A DNA stretch of 64,000 nucleotides from contig CBDFJR010000005.1 in assembly GCA_965248535.1 (NCBI GenBank), positions 1,568,001 through 1,632,000 of the forward strand. Direction: 5' to 3'. Shown in pieces: positions 44,031-54,437 of the stretch. The stretch comes from Phormidesmis sp. (GTDB taxonomy: Bacteria > Cyanobacteriota > Cyanobacteriia > Leptolyngbyales > Leptolyngbyaceae). Position 1 is the stretch's first letter; each line of letters opens with the position of its first letter. The notes under the pieces are model-generated. The model made no database searches. It saw nothing but the letters and a program-made list of their open reading frames with translations, and had not been told where the DNA came from. The position numbers and the translations under genes were made by a program.

Positions 44031-45032
44031 ATGCAGAATTTCCGAAATTATTATGAAACCTTGGGGGTTGAAAAAGATGCAACGAGCGATGACATTAAGA
44101 CGGCTTATCGAAAGCTAGCGCGGCGCTATCACCCCGATGTCAACCCCGGTGATCAGGCGGCTGAGGAAAAGTTTAAAGAACTCGGCGAAGCTTATGAAGT
44201 GTTGGGGGATGTCACCAAGCGATCGCAGTATGATCAGTTCGGCAAATTTTGGCAACAGCGAGGGTTTCAAGGAGCCGCCAGAGCCGCTAAGAATGCTTGG
44301 AATAAAGCGGGCAATAACGGCTCTCAAGAAGTCGATTTTGGCGAATATCGCAACTTCAATGATTTTGTCGATCAGTTGCTCAATCGGCGGGTGACCACCA
44401 ACACCACCAGCACCCGACCCCCGCAAGCCGATTACTACAAACCAGGCACGAGCAAAACTAGCTACACCGTTCCGAGTGCCCGATCGACAGCCTCTCGCCG
44501 CGATGCCGAAGCGCGACTGACCGTGCCCTTAGAAAAAGCCTACTCCGGCGGACGGGAGCGAATTCGGCTTGAAGATGGGCGATCGCTAGAGGTGAATATG
44601 CCTGCTGGCATGATCACAGGGCAAAGAATTCGACTCAAAGGGCAGGGGATGTCTGGCGGCGATCTCTATCTCAAAATCGAAGTGTCACCCCACGCATTCT
44701 TTAAGTTAGAAAGCTCTGATGTTGTGTGTCAGTTGCCGATTACACCCAGTGAGGCGGTGTTGGGTGGCGCGATCGAGGTTCCCACCCTCGACGGATTGGT
44801 GAAAATGACGATTCCGGGTGGGGTGCGATCGGGGCAGCGATTGCGATTGGCCAACAAAGGCTATCCCGAAATCGGCAGTGATGGGCGGGGCGATGCGCCT
44901 AAAGAACGGGGCGACCAGATCGTTGAGTTGCAAATCGTTTTGCCCAAAGAGCTAACGCCTCAAGAACGCGAACTCTATGAAAAGCTGCGCCAGTTAGAGA
45001 CGTTTAATCCTCGTGCAAATTTGCCCGTGTGA
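44031..45032 (+). CDS. dnaJ: DnaJ/CbpA-type co-chaperone
   Basis: J-domain with HPD; C-terminal domain; no zinc finger. Confidence 0.92.
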   Translation: MQNFRNYYETLGVEKDATSDDIKTAYRKLARRYHPDVNPGDQAAEEKFKELGEAYEVLGDVTKRSQYDQFGKFWQQRGFQGAARAAKNAWNKAGNNGSQEVDFGEYRNFNDFVDQLLNRRVTTNTTSTRPPQADYYKPGTSKTSYTVPSARSTASRRDAEARLTVPLEKAYSGGRERIRLEDGRSLEVNMPAGMITGQRIRLKGQGMSGGDLYLKIEVSPHAFFKLESSDVVCQLPITPSEAVLGGAIEVPTLDGLVKMTIPGGVRSGQRLRLANKGYPEIGSDGRGDAPKERGDQIVELQIVLPKELTPQERELYEKLRQLETFNPRANLPV

Positions 45033-45096
45033 GATGGATGCTGCGATCGCCCAGTTCCTAGATTAGATTGAAAGAACTTGACACAAACCACAAACT

Positions 45097-45360
45097 ATGA
45101 AAAGGCTAGGGGAAATATTGACCACAGAGGTTAGTCAAGACGGACAAACTACAATTCCAGAGGATGTTCGTGAGTTGCTTAGTCTGCATCCGGGCGATCA
45201 AGTAGAGTTTGTGATTTCTGAAGATGGCAAAGTCTATCTTCAACCTGCAAAAATCGATGTTCGGCAGCTATCTGCAATGCTTTATAAGCCAGAGAGAAGA
45301 TCTCTTTCTATTGAAGACATGGATGCAGCGATCGCTCAGTGCGCTGGAGAATCAGATTGA
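45097..45360 (+). CDS. AbrB/MazE-family antitoxin
   Basis: GQTTIPEDVRELLSLHPGDQVEF. Confidence 0.88.
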   Translation: MKRLGEILTTEVSQDGQTTIPEDVRELLSLHPGDQVEFVISEDGKVYLQPAKIDVRQLSAMLYKPERRSLSIEDMDAAIAQCAGESD

Positions 45361-45767
45361 GAGGACTAGATACAAATGTCATCCTCCGGTATTTGCTACG
45401 GGATGACGAAGAACAATGGCAACTAGCTGATCACTACATCAACAATATTCTGGATGCGGCCGAGACTTGTTTTATTAATAATATCGTTCTCTGTGAACTA
45501 GTTTGGGTGCTGCGATCGGGCTATAAACTCAGCAGATCAGAGTTGATTAATGTAGTAGAAAAACTGCTAAGAACTAGTGGCTTTGTGTTTGAAAATCAAG
45601 AAGCGGCATGGTGGGCAGTTCAACAAATGAAACGAGGAGAAGCTGATTTTTCAGACTATTTAATCTTGAAGATCAATCAACAGATCAAGTGTGTAGAAAC
45701 TGCTTCTTTTGATGCCAAACTGCAAGGCATTGAAGGAATACGATCGTTGAAGATAGATAGAGATTGA
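45357..45767 (+). CDS. vapC: VapC/PIN toxin
   Basis: GLDTNVILRYL, VLCELVWVL, DFSDYLI, SFD; start overlaps the antitoxin stop (TTGA). Confidence 0.9.
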   Translation: MRGLDTNVILRYLLRDDEEQWQLADHYINNILDAAETCFINNIVLCELVWVLRSGYKLSRSELINVVEKLLRTSGFVFENQEAAWWAVQQMKRGEADFSDYLILKINQQIKCVETASFDAKLQGIEGIRSLKIDRD

Positions 45768-45811
45768 TCAATATCCAGTCCAAAACTGGTTATGCAGAAC
45801 TCGTGAAAAAG

Positions 45812-46454
45812 TCAGGAGTCAATTTGATTAGACCCTGATTCGTGGTTCTGGTTTGATGGCGCGAGAATTAGATTAATTAAGTTTGTGACTAAGCGATCGT
45901 AGTCCATTGGCATCACTTCTTTGCCGTGGAGAATATGCTGCACCAACATATGAGAGACAAGAGACCCGAAGAAAATTTGCGCGACGGCTTCAGAGTCAGC
46001 AATGCCAAGTTCTGGATGGGCCTCAAAGTATTGGCTGAGTAACTGTCGCCCTTGTTTAATCACCGTGGTTGTGAATAACTTTGCTAATTCTGGAAAGCGA
46101 TCGGACTCTCCAATAATCAATCGGATCAAACACAAATAATTCTGATCCGCGACTTTAGAACTGTAAATTTGGGCAATTTGCCTCAATAAAATGGCAGGCT
46201 CACCGCACAGACCGCTCCCGTCATAGACTTCTCGAAATCGGGAAAGCGTCATCCATTCTAATAACGCTTTGAACAGCCCTTCCTTATTGACAAAGTGGCT
46301 ATAAATCGTCTGCTTAGAAACGCTCGCTTCGGTGGCGACGCGATCCATGCTGGTGCCTGCATAGCCACATCTGAGAAACACGACGCATTGCCCCACGCAA
46401 AATCTGCTCTTGCTTGGGCGTGATGCTAAAAGGAACAACGTCTAGTGAGGTCAT
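45812..46454 (-). CDS. TetR/AcrR regulator (one extra base near 46383)
   Basis: Repaired start MTSLDVVPFSITPKQEQILRGAMRVFL; GTSMDRVA..ASVSKQTIYSHF.NKEGLF. Confidence 0.88.
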
Positions 46455-46530
46455 GGAGCGCAGGATACATTGTCAATGGGCAGGAAGAATTATTTCTTAG
46501 CGTATTAACTTTTTCTAATGAGTATTGTTT

Positions 46531-46557
46531 AATCATACTAGACGGTCTAGTATGATT
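46531..46557. promoter_or_regulatory. Candidate TetR operator (perfect inverted repeat)
   Basis: AATCATACTAGAC-G-GTCTAGTATGATT between divergent tetR and hlyD. Confidence 0.8.
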
Positions 46558-46615
46558 TGTGATCTTGAAAGCATTTGACTTAATAGCGGCAATCCCTCTC
46601 TTTTGGCTCCTCATC

Positions 46616-47919
46616 ATGACTCAGCTTAGTCCCCAACCGACTGATCGACTGCCAGATTCACCTCCATCAAACCCTAAGAAAAGATCGATTCCTAAACCTC
46701 TATGGTTGTCCGATCGGGCTAGCGATCGCCGGAGTTGGCTACGGAATCTGGCGGTTGATGCCGCACCCAGAGCCAACGAGTTTGCATTTAAGTGGGCGGA
46801 TCGAAGGCTATGAGACTGACATCGGCGCAAAAACAGGCGGACGGGTGAATTTCATCGCGGTGCGAGAGGGCGATGAAGTCAAAAAAGGGCAAGTTTTGGT
46901 GCGAATCAACGACGAAGAAATTCAGGCCCAGCTAAGAGGCGCGATCGCCAGCGTGACTTCTGCTCAACAGCAGGCCCAGCAAGCGCAGTCTCAAATCGAT
47001 GGGATCGACAGCAAGATTCAAGAAGCCGGACTCAATCTCAAACAGTCAAAAGGCGATGCCAGTGGGCGCATTAGTCAGGCCCAGTCCACCGTTTCGGCGA
47101 CCAACGCTCAACTGGCAGAAGCGATCGCGCAAGTCAAACAGGCTGAGGCGCAGGTGAGACAAGCTCAATCGTCACAGAGATTTGCGGCCGTCGATCGCGA
47201 TCGCTATGCCCAGCTAGTGGCTCAAGGGGCCGTCAATCGCCAGCAGTTTGACCAGTCGCAAACCGCTTTTGAGACGGCTCAAGCTTCGGTCGAGACGGCT
47301 CAGGCGACCTTTTAGCGCGTCAAGCAGGGGTGAATGCGGCGCGTGATCAACTGAGGCGGCTGCAGGGCGGCTTTGCTCAAGTGCAGACAACGGGGCTAAA
47401 TCCTGATATTCGAGACGCGCAACTGTCGGGGTTTTATCAACAGCGCCAGCAGGCGGTGGCTCAACTCAAACAGGCAGAGGCCCAGATCAAAACGGCTCAA
47501 GAAAAGCAAAAAGAAATTCAGGCGCAGCTTAATTATTTGAATGTGATCAGCCCGATCGATGGAGTCGTCACGGCCCGCCCGATCGAGCCTGGGGCAGTCG
47601 TCGCCACGGGCAAAACGATGCTGACCGTGATGGATTTAACCTCGGTTTATCTGCGGGGCTATGTGCCAGAAGGCGAAATCGGCAAAATTCGGGTGGGTCA
47701 AGCTGCCCAGATTTTTCTCGACTCCAATCCCAATCAAGGGCTGACGGCGAGGTGTCGGCGATCGATCCCAAAGCGTCGTTTACGCCCGAAAATGTTTACT
47801 TTCGCAACGATCGGGTCAAACAAGTGTTTGGGGTGAAGTTGACGATCGACGATGCCAAAGGGTTTGCAAAACCAGGAATGCCAGCCGATGGAGAAATCAC
47901 TTTAGAGCCGACCCAATAA
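46616..47919 (+). CDS. HlyD-family periplasmic adaptor (several frameshifts; sequencing error or pseudogene)
   Basis: Fragments SGRIEGYETDIGAK, SPIDGVV, YLRGYVPEGEIG and DPKASFTPENVYF..RVKQVFGVKL, KPGMPADG in successive frames. Confidence 0.82.
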
Positions 47920-48023
47920 AGCACTCTGGAGGTTCCCAAGGATTCAAACCATGATTCAAAAAACGTTAACCAACAGCCAGCTTGCAGAAGTCCAACCCCT
48001 AGATTCTGCCTGCTTCAGACGAT

Positions 48024-49961
48024 GTGATTCGCGTGGTCGGATTGCACAAACACTATGGTCGAGTGGCGGCCGTTCGAGGCGTTGATTTCTCAGTGCGACG
48101 CGGTGAGGTTTTTGGGCTGATTGGGCCCGATGGCGCTGGCAAGACAACCACGTTTCACATTCTCGGCGGCGTGATGGAGGCGACCACCGGGGATGTGCAA
48201 GTCTTGGGACAACCGCCACGAGATGCCCGACTCAGCATCGGCTATCTGACTCAGCAATTTTCGCTCTATCTCGATCTCAGCATTGATGAGAATTTACGCT
48301 ACGTGGGCGGACTCAGACAAGTGCCCGATCGTCAATTCTCAGAGCGGCGCGACAAATATCTGCGACTGATGAATTTAGAGAAATTTGGCGATCGACTCGC
48401 CGGAGAGCTATCGGGCGGCATGAAGCAAAAACTTGCCTTGTGCTGTGCGCTCGTGTCTCAGCCTCAGGTGCTGTTGCTCGACGAACCGACGACGGGCGTT
48501 GATCCCGTTTCTCGGCGCGAGTTTTGGGATGTGTTGGCGGCGCTATCGTCTGAAGAAGGGGTGACGATCGTGGTGGCAACCCCCTATCTTGACGAGGCAG
48601 AACGCTGTAATCGCATCGCGCTGATGTATGACGGTCAAATTCAGCAAATCGGCACGCCAACTGAGTTGAGAAACAGTTTAGGATTGCATCGCCTCGAAGT
48701 GCATACACCCCAGTTGCAGGCGGCCGAGCAAGCGTTGACTGCGCCGTCTCAGTCCGACTCGATTGTGGATGTGCAGACCTTTGGCGATCGCTTAGATGTG
48801 TTGGTTAGCGATCCCCAAACCGGGGAAGCACAGGTGCGTGAATTGTTTCAGCAACATCACCTGCAAGCCGCCACGATCGAGCTTGCTGAACCCACCCTAG
48901 AAAATGTGTTTGTGACTCGATTGCGTCAGCAGGGATCGGCCCCGCAGTTTTTTGAGTTTCCGCGATCGCGGGGCGGCAACCGAGCCATCACGACGAATGC
49001 CCTCTCGGATTTTGCGATCTATTCTCACAACTTAAATCGGAATTTTGGCAGCTTTCAAGCCGTCAAAAACGTCAATGTCGAGGTGCGCTACGGCGAGATT
49101 TTTGGCTTACTCGGAGCCAACGGAGCCGGAAAAACCACCACGATTAAAATGCTGTGTGGGCTGCTGCCCGCAAGTTCTGGCGAGATTGCCCTCGGCGGAG
49201 AACGGGGAAATCTTCGCAGCAGCGAGTTAAGGCGACGCATCGGCTACATGAGCCAAAAATTCACTCTCTACGATGACTTAACCATTCTGCAAAACCTGGA
49301 ATTCTACAGCGGCGTCTATGGCGTGCCGCGCAAACTGAGACGTGAAAAAATTGACTGGGTGATCGCCACCTGCGGACTTGAAGGACGAGAATCTTTGATC
49401 ACCGGACAGCTTCCCGGCGGTTGGAAACAGCGCGTGGCCTTTGGTGCGTCGGTAATGCACGAACCCGACATTCTCTTTCTTGACGAGCCGACTTCGGGCG
49501 TTGATCCCCTCGCTCGTCGTCAATTTTGGAAGTTAATCAATGATTTTGCTCGCAATGGCACCGCGATTTTAGTCACGACTCACTATTTAGAAGAAGCCGA
49601 ACAGTGCAATCGCATGAGCTTTATGGTGGCGGGCGAAATCGTCACAGAAGGGTCGCCGAGCCAGATCAAAGCCGCCCAACCCGGACAGTTGATTGAGGTG
49701 ATCACCGATCAAACGCAAGCGGCTTCTAATTTACTCAAACAGCAGATGGAGTCTTGGCGAGTTTCGATCTTTGCCGATCGCTTACACATTGTCGTTGATG
49801 ATCCCGATCGGGATATTCCCACTCTGCGATCGCGCCTTGCCGCCGCCAATCTCACCGTTCAGTCTCTGCGGCCGATTCCCTTCTCGCTCGAAGATGCCTT
49901 TATTGGAGTCGTGCAGCGATCAGCGCAGAGCGCAACTCCAAAGGAACCGCAGCCATCATGA
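48024..49961 (+). CDS. Double-NBD ABC ATPase (YbhF-like)
   Basis: Two Walker A motifs (GPDGAGKT, GANGAGKT), LSGGMKQK, LDEPT; true start may be ATG 47951 with a frameshift. Confidence 0.93.
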   Translation: MIRVVGLHKHYGRVAAVRGVDFSVRRGEVFGLIGPDGAGKTTTFHILGGVMEATTGDVQVLGQPPRDARLSIGYLTQQFSLYLDLSIDENLRYVGGLRQVPDRQFSERRDKYLRLMNLEKFGDRLAGELSGGMKQKLALCCALVSQPQVLLLDEPTTGVDPVSRREFWDVLAALSSEEGVTIVVATPYLDEAERCNRIALMYDGQIQQIGTPTELRNSLGLHRLEVHTPQLQAAEQALTAPSQSDSIVDVQTFGDRLDVLVSDPQTGEAQVRELFQQHHLQAATIELAEPTLENVFVTRLRQQGSAPQFFEFPRSRGGNRAITTNALSDFAIYSHNLNRNFGSFQAVKNVNVEVRYGEIFGLLGANGAGKTTTIKMLCGLLPASSGEIALGGERGNLRSSELRRRIGYMSQKFTLYDDLTILQNLEFYSGVYGVPRKLRREKIDWVIATCGLEGRESLITGQLPGGWKQRVAFGASVMHEPDILFLDEPTSGVDPLARRQFWKLINDFARNGTAILVTTHYLEEAEQCNRMSFMVAGEIVTEGSPSQIKAAQPGQLIEVITDQTQAASNLLKQQMESWRVSIFADRLHIVVDDPDRDIPTLRSRLAAANLTVQSLRPIPFSLEDAFIGVVQRSAQSATPKEPQPS

Positions 49962-51064
49962 AACGAATTCTGGCTCAGTGCACTAAAGAATTAGCGCAGT
50001 TTCGTCGCGATCGCCTCACGCTGGCCCTGGCCTTCATCTTGCCTGTGATGACGCTGTTTATCTTTGGGTTTGCGATCCGATTAGAGGCGAAAAATATCGC
50101 GATCGTGGTGCAAGATCTCGATCGCAGCAACCTCAGCCAGCGCTACACCGAGGGGCTATATCAAACCAATCAGTTTGTAGCCGTTCAGTGGCGGGGCAGT
50201 GACCCAGTGCGAGATGCGCTCGATCGGGGCATCGCCAAAGCCGCCGTGATCATTCCTCCCAACTTTAGTCGAGACATCACCGCCGACAAAACTAGTCCGC
50301 TACAGGTGCTGATTGATGGCACTGATGTCAACAATGCGCGAGTGATTAAAAACAGCATTCAAGCCTTCACGCAGTTTTTTTTGCAAGATCAACATCTTAG
50401 GTCGGGAACGAGCAAAATTACGCCACGAGTGCGTCTCTGGTTTAACCCAGGGCGGCAGGAATCGCTCTATATTGTGCCGGGCGTGTTTGGGGTGATTTTG
50501 GCGATCTATCCCTCCCTGCTGGCAGCGTTGGCAATGTCACGAGAAAAAGAACAGGGCACTATCTTGCAAACCTATGCCTCTAGCATCAGCGCGGCTGAGT
50601 TGCTGTTAGGCAAATGTCTGGCTTATTTTGTTGTGGGCATTGGGCAAGCGCTCTTTGTGATCGGCTTAGGGTGTGCAACGTTTCGCATTTGGTTTGTAGG
50701 GAATCCCACTTCGTTTTTAATCGGGACGGGTATTTTTTTGATCGCCAGCATTATGTTTGGTTTGTTGATTGGGGTTCGAGCTAATAATCGCAGCGTTGCA
50801 GTCCAGGGTGTGTCAACCGCAGGATTTTTATTAGCGCTGCTCTTATCGGGGTTTATCTATCCCCTGAGTAACATTCCGTTTCCGCTGTCTCTCGTCACCA
50901 ATATTGTTCCGGCTCGCTATTTCATTGAGATCAGCCGGGATGCCTTTGTGCGAGGCACAGGCTGGGCGGGCGTTTGGACGGCCCATCTCTGCCTGATAGT
51001 GTTAGCGTTTGTGTTGTTTAATCTCGCTCGTCGCGGGATGGGTCGAATGCAATTATCGGGCTAG
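49958..51064 (+). CDS. ABC-2 permease (YbhS-like)
   Basis: KELAQFRRDR, WFNPG, REKEQGT. Confidence 0.92.
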   Translation: MKRILAQCTKELAQFRRDRLTLALAFILPVMTLFIFGFAIRLEAKNIAIVVQDLDRSNLSQRYTEGLYQTNQFVAVQWRGSDPVRDALDRGIAKAAVIIPPNFSRDITADKTSPLQVLIDGTDVNNARVIKNSIQAFTQFFLQDQHLRSGTSKITPRVRLWFNPGRQESLYIVPGVFGVILAIYPSLLAALAMSREKEQGTILQTYASSISAAELLLGKCLAYFVVGIGQALFVIGLGCATFRIWFVGNPTSFLIGTGIFLIASIMFGLLIGVRANNRSVAVQGVSTAGFLLALLLSGFIYPLSNIPFPLSLVTNIVPARYFIEISRDAFVRGTGWAGVWTAHLCLIVLAFVLFNLARRGMGRMQLSG

Positions 51065-51103
51065 ATCGTGGATTAAGTCGGGCTGGTTGCTGACGTAGCT
51101 CAT

Positions 51104-51128
51104 AGGCACGGCGGTGCCACGCCCATAC
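51104..51128 (-). repeat. REP-like palindrome, copy 1
   Basis: GTATGGGCGTGGCACCGCCGTGCCT; 21/25 identical to 58257-58281. Confidence 0.6.
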
Positions 51129-51155
51129 AGGTTGATTGTTAGAGGGGTTTGAGGC

Positions 51156-52277
51156 ATGAAGCTGCTGCATCGGTTGGTCGAAAGTCGTTTTTGGGCGTTG
51201 ACGGTTAAAGAAATCGGTCAGATTTTGCGAAACAAACAGTTGATCTTTCTGCTGGTGTTTCCGCCAACGGTGCAGTTACTCATTTTTGGGTTGGCGTTAA
51301 ACCCTGATGTGCAAAATCTCAAGTTGGGGGTGGTTGATTATTCCAACACGCCCATGAGTCGAGAGTTGGTATCCGCGTTGACCGCAAATGGCGTGTTTCG
51401 GCTCGATCGCTCTCCTCCCAATGAGCAGATTTTGGGTGAGCAAGTGCGGCGCGGCGACATCACGACGGGCCTTGTGATTCCACCGACGTTTAATCGCGAC
51501 CTCAAGAGTGATCACTCCGCAGAGGTGCAGGTTCTCATCGATGCGGTTGATGCTAACACTGCGGGCATTGCCAGTGGTTATGCGGCTCAGATCATCAATC
51601 AATTTAGTCAACAATTGGCTCCGCAGAGTTCAGCGGCGATCGTCACTCAAGCCACTATTCTCTACAATCCGGGTCTGGTTTCTAGCTGGTTTATCGTCCC
51701 CGGCGTTTTGGGACTGGTGCTCAATCTTGGTAGCTCTCTTGTCTCAACCGCAACCGTGGTGCGAGAAAAAGATACGGGCACGCTAGAGCAGTTATTGATG
51801 ACTCCAGCCGCCGCTTGGGAGATTATTCTAGCCAAAGTAGTGCCGCTATTTGTCTTGTTGTTAGGAGAAGTGATGCTGGCAATCGCCGTTGCCACGCTGA
51901 TTTTTCACGTCCCCTTTCGAGGGAACTTTTTCTTATTTATGGGCTTCTCAGGACTCTATATTTGCGTGGGCATTGGGATCGGGTTTCTCTTAGCCACGGT
52001 TTCGCGCAGTCAGCAGCAGGCGATTCTCACTTCGTTTTTTATCAATTTGCCGCTGATCCAACTATCGGGCGCGATCGCTCCCGTCGAAAGTATGCCGCGA
52101 TTTTTTCAGATCGTGTCGCTGTTTAACCCCCTGCGGCATTATGTCAAGATTGCTCGCGGGGTTCTTCTCAAAGGCAATGGGCTAGAAGTGCTCTACCCCG
52201 AAGCGCTCGCTCTGACTGCTTTTGCCATCGCTCTATTGACCATTAGCACCTACAAATTTCGGACGCAATTAAGCTAA
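51156..52277 (+). CDS. ABC-2 permease (YbhR-like)
   Basis: LYNPGL, VREKDTGTLEQLLMTP, NPLRHY. Confidence 0.92.
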   Translation: MKLLHRLVESRFWALTVKEIGQILRNKQLIFLLVFPPTVQLLIFGLALNPDVQNLKLGVVDYSNTPMSRELVSALTANGVFRLDRSPPNEQILGEQVRRGDITTGLVIPPTFNRDLKSDHSAEVQVLIDAVDANTAGIASGYAAQIINQFSQQLAPQSSAAIVTQATILYNPGLVSSWFIVPGVLGLVLNLGSSLVSTATVVREKDTGTLEQLLMTPAAAWEIILAKVVPLFVLLLGEVMLAIAVATLIFHVPFRGNFFLFMGFSGLYICVGIGIGFLLATVSRSQQQAILTSFFINLPLIQLSGAIAPVESMPRFFQIVSLFNPLRHYVKIARGVLLKGNGLEVLYPEALALTAFAIALLTISTYKFRTQLS

Positions 52278-52424
52278 ACTGCTTGGTTGATCGACAGCAC
52301 AAGCGTTATCCTGCTTAAGGCTGTTGATCTCAGATTTCTCTCTTAAAAAGATAGACTTTTGAGATTCAGCCTCATTTAGTTTGTAAAAGCCAGTTTTTTA
52401 GTCTGTGGGCTAACCAAGAACCGT

Positions 52425-54248
52425 ATGAAAATGTCTCTTCATTTAATTCAAGTGGGTGTGGGAGCTTTGATCGCCTTTGGCTCTGTGGGGGCAGCTTACT
52501 CACAGACCTCGCCTGCTGGTCAGCCCCAGAAACGCTCTAATCTTGCCGCTCAACCTCCTACTCTCAAGGCGATCGCTGCCACGTTTGCCAATCAAGCTGA
52601 TCCAAAACCAGCTAAACCGGAGACGATCGTTCAGCAACCGCCTTTTGAGGTCGCTAAAATCGTTCAACTGTTTGCCAGCGATGCTCCCACGTCCGTCATG
52701 GCTGCAACGGCTGCAACCTCAGTCGCCCAAACGTCTAAGCCTGTCACGCCGCCGCGATCGACCCCACAGCCGCCGTCTAAGTCTCCCGCGACAGCGCCAC
52801 AACCTCCTGCGACAGCGCCGCAACCCGCTGTTGTCACCCCCGCACCAACTCCCGGCACACCAGTCTCCACTCCCACAACTGCCAAATCTGACCCCACGCC
52901 TGCCCCTGCCTACCTCAATTCGCCCACCAATCCGCTATTGTTTCCTACCCGCCCCGATGAGGTGCGCCTAGCCGGAACTCAACTGATCAGCTTGCAGCAA
53001 GCGATCGACGTAGCCGAACGCAATAATCGCGATCTTCAAGTGTCTAGACTTCAGCTAGAAAGCAGCCGATCGGCCCTACGCGAAGCCCAAGCCACGCTCT
53101 ACCCAACGGTGGGTCTTCAGTCTAGTCTGAGTCGCTCTCAGAGTGCATCGGGTGACATCTCAGCAAGGCAGCAAGCGCAATCCCTGCAATCTCAGCTATT
53201 TGGGATTGACAGCAGCAACCCCCCCAGCACCAGCTTGAGCGGCACTGTTCAACTCAGCTACAACATTTTTACATCGGGTCTAAACAGTGCTCAAAGAAAG
53301 GCCGCAGAACGGCAAGTGAGAGCGGCCGAGTTGACCGTTGAACAAACTCGTGAGCAGCTACGGCTGGATACGACCACCGATTATTACAATCTGCAAAACG
53401 CCAATGAGCAAGTGCGAATCAATCTGGCAGCCGTCATCAACGCCCAGCGAAGTTTGAGTGACACTCTGGCTCAAGAGCGCGCCGGGTTAGGCACTCGGTT
53501 TGACGTGCTGCGATCGCAGGTCAACTTAGCCAACGCTCAACAGCAACTCACCAACGCCAACGCCACTCAGGGCATTAACCGCCGTCAACTGGCTTCGCGC
53601 TTGAGTTTGCCAGAGTCGATCAACGTCTCGACCGCTGACCCTGTGCAGCCTGCTGGCACTTGGGCACTGCCGATCGAAGAGACGATCGTTCTCGCTTATA
53701 AAAACCGGGCAGAGCTAGAAGTGCAGCTAGTGCAGCGAGAGGTCAGTGAGCAGCAGCGGCGAGCGGCGTTGGCGGCGTTGGGCCCAACCCTGAGCGCCAC
53801 GGCTAGTTACAACGTGCTCAAAAGCTTTGAGGCATCTGTGAGCCGACCCGGAGACGGCTACACCCTGGCCCTGCAAGCTCAATGGAACTTTTTTGATGGT
53901 GGAGCCGCTCAAGCGCGGGCAGCCCAACAGGAGCGAAACAAAGAAATTGCCGAAACTCGGTTTGCTCAGAACCGCAACAATGTTCGGTTTCAAGTTGAGC
54001 AGGCTTACACCAATTTGCAGGCAAACCGGGCCAATATTGACACCACAACTACCGCCCTCTCGCAAGCAGCAGAGGCACTCAGACTGGCTCGGTTGCGCTT
54101 TCAGGCTGGGGTAGGCACTCAAACCGACGTGATCAACGCCGAGACAGATTTGACTCGCGCAGAGGGCAATCGGGTCAGTGCCATTATTGGCTATAACCTC
54201 TCGCTGGCTCAACTGCAACGAGCCGTCAGCAACATCGCCACCCGATAA
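52425..54248 (+). CDS. tolC: TolC-family outer membrane protein
   Basis: Signal peptide, Pro-rich linker, two OEP repeats (AGLGTRFDVL, RFQAGVGTQTDV). Confidence 0.92.
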   Translation: MKMSLHLIQVGVGALIAFGSVGAAYSQTSPAGQPQKRSNLAAQPPTLKAIAATFANQADPKPAKPETIVQQPPFEVAKIVQLFASDAPTSVMAATAATSVAQTSKPVTPPRSTPQPPSKSPATAPQPPATAPQPAVVTPAPTPGTPVSTPTTAKSDPTPAPAYLNSPTNPLLFPTRPDEVRLAGTQLISLQQAIDVAERNNRDLQVSRLQLESSRSALREAQATLYPTVGLQSSLSRSQSASGDISARQQAQSLQSQLFGIDSSNPPSTSLSGTVQLSYNIFTSGLNSAQRKAAERQVRAAELTVEQTREQLRLDTTTDYYNLQNANEQVRINLAAVINAQRSLSDTLAQERAGLGTRFDVLRSQVNLANAQQQLTNANATQGINRRQLASRLSLPESINVSTADPVQPAGTWALPIEETIVLAYKNRAELEVQLVQREVSEQQRRAALAALGPTLSATASYNVLKSFEASVSRPGDGYTLALQAQWNFFDGGAAQARAAQQERNKEIAETRFAQNRNNVRFQVEQAYTNLQANRANIDTTTTALSQAAEALRLARLRFQAGVGTQTDVINAETDLTRAEGNRVSAIIGYNLSLAQLQRAVSNIATR

Positions 54249-54437
54249 CCCGATCGAGGCAACATTGGGGAAGGTGAATCTGCTGGTTAGGGTGCTGTCG
54301 GGCTGATTAATAATTCTAATCTCTGCCGATTAACGGTAGTCGATCGCTTGAGTTCAAGCCACAATAGACTCAGTAGCCTTGATATAACGACTCAGAAGTC
54401 AGTCGTTCTTCCCTCTACGTCCTTGAGAGATTGCCCC

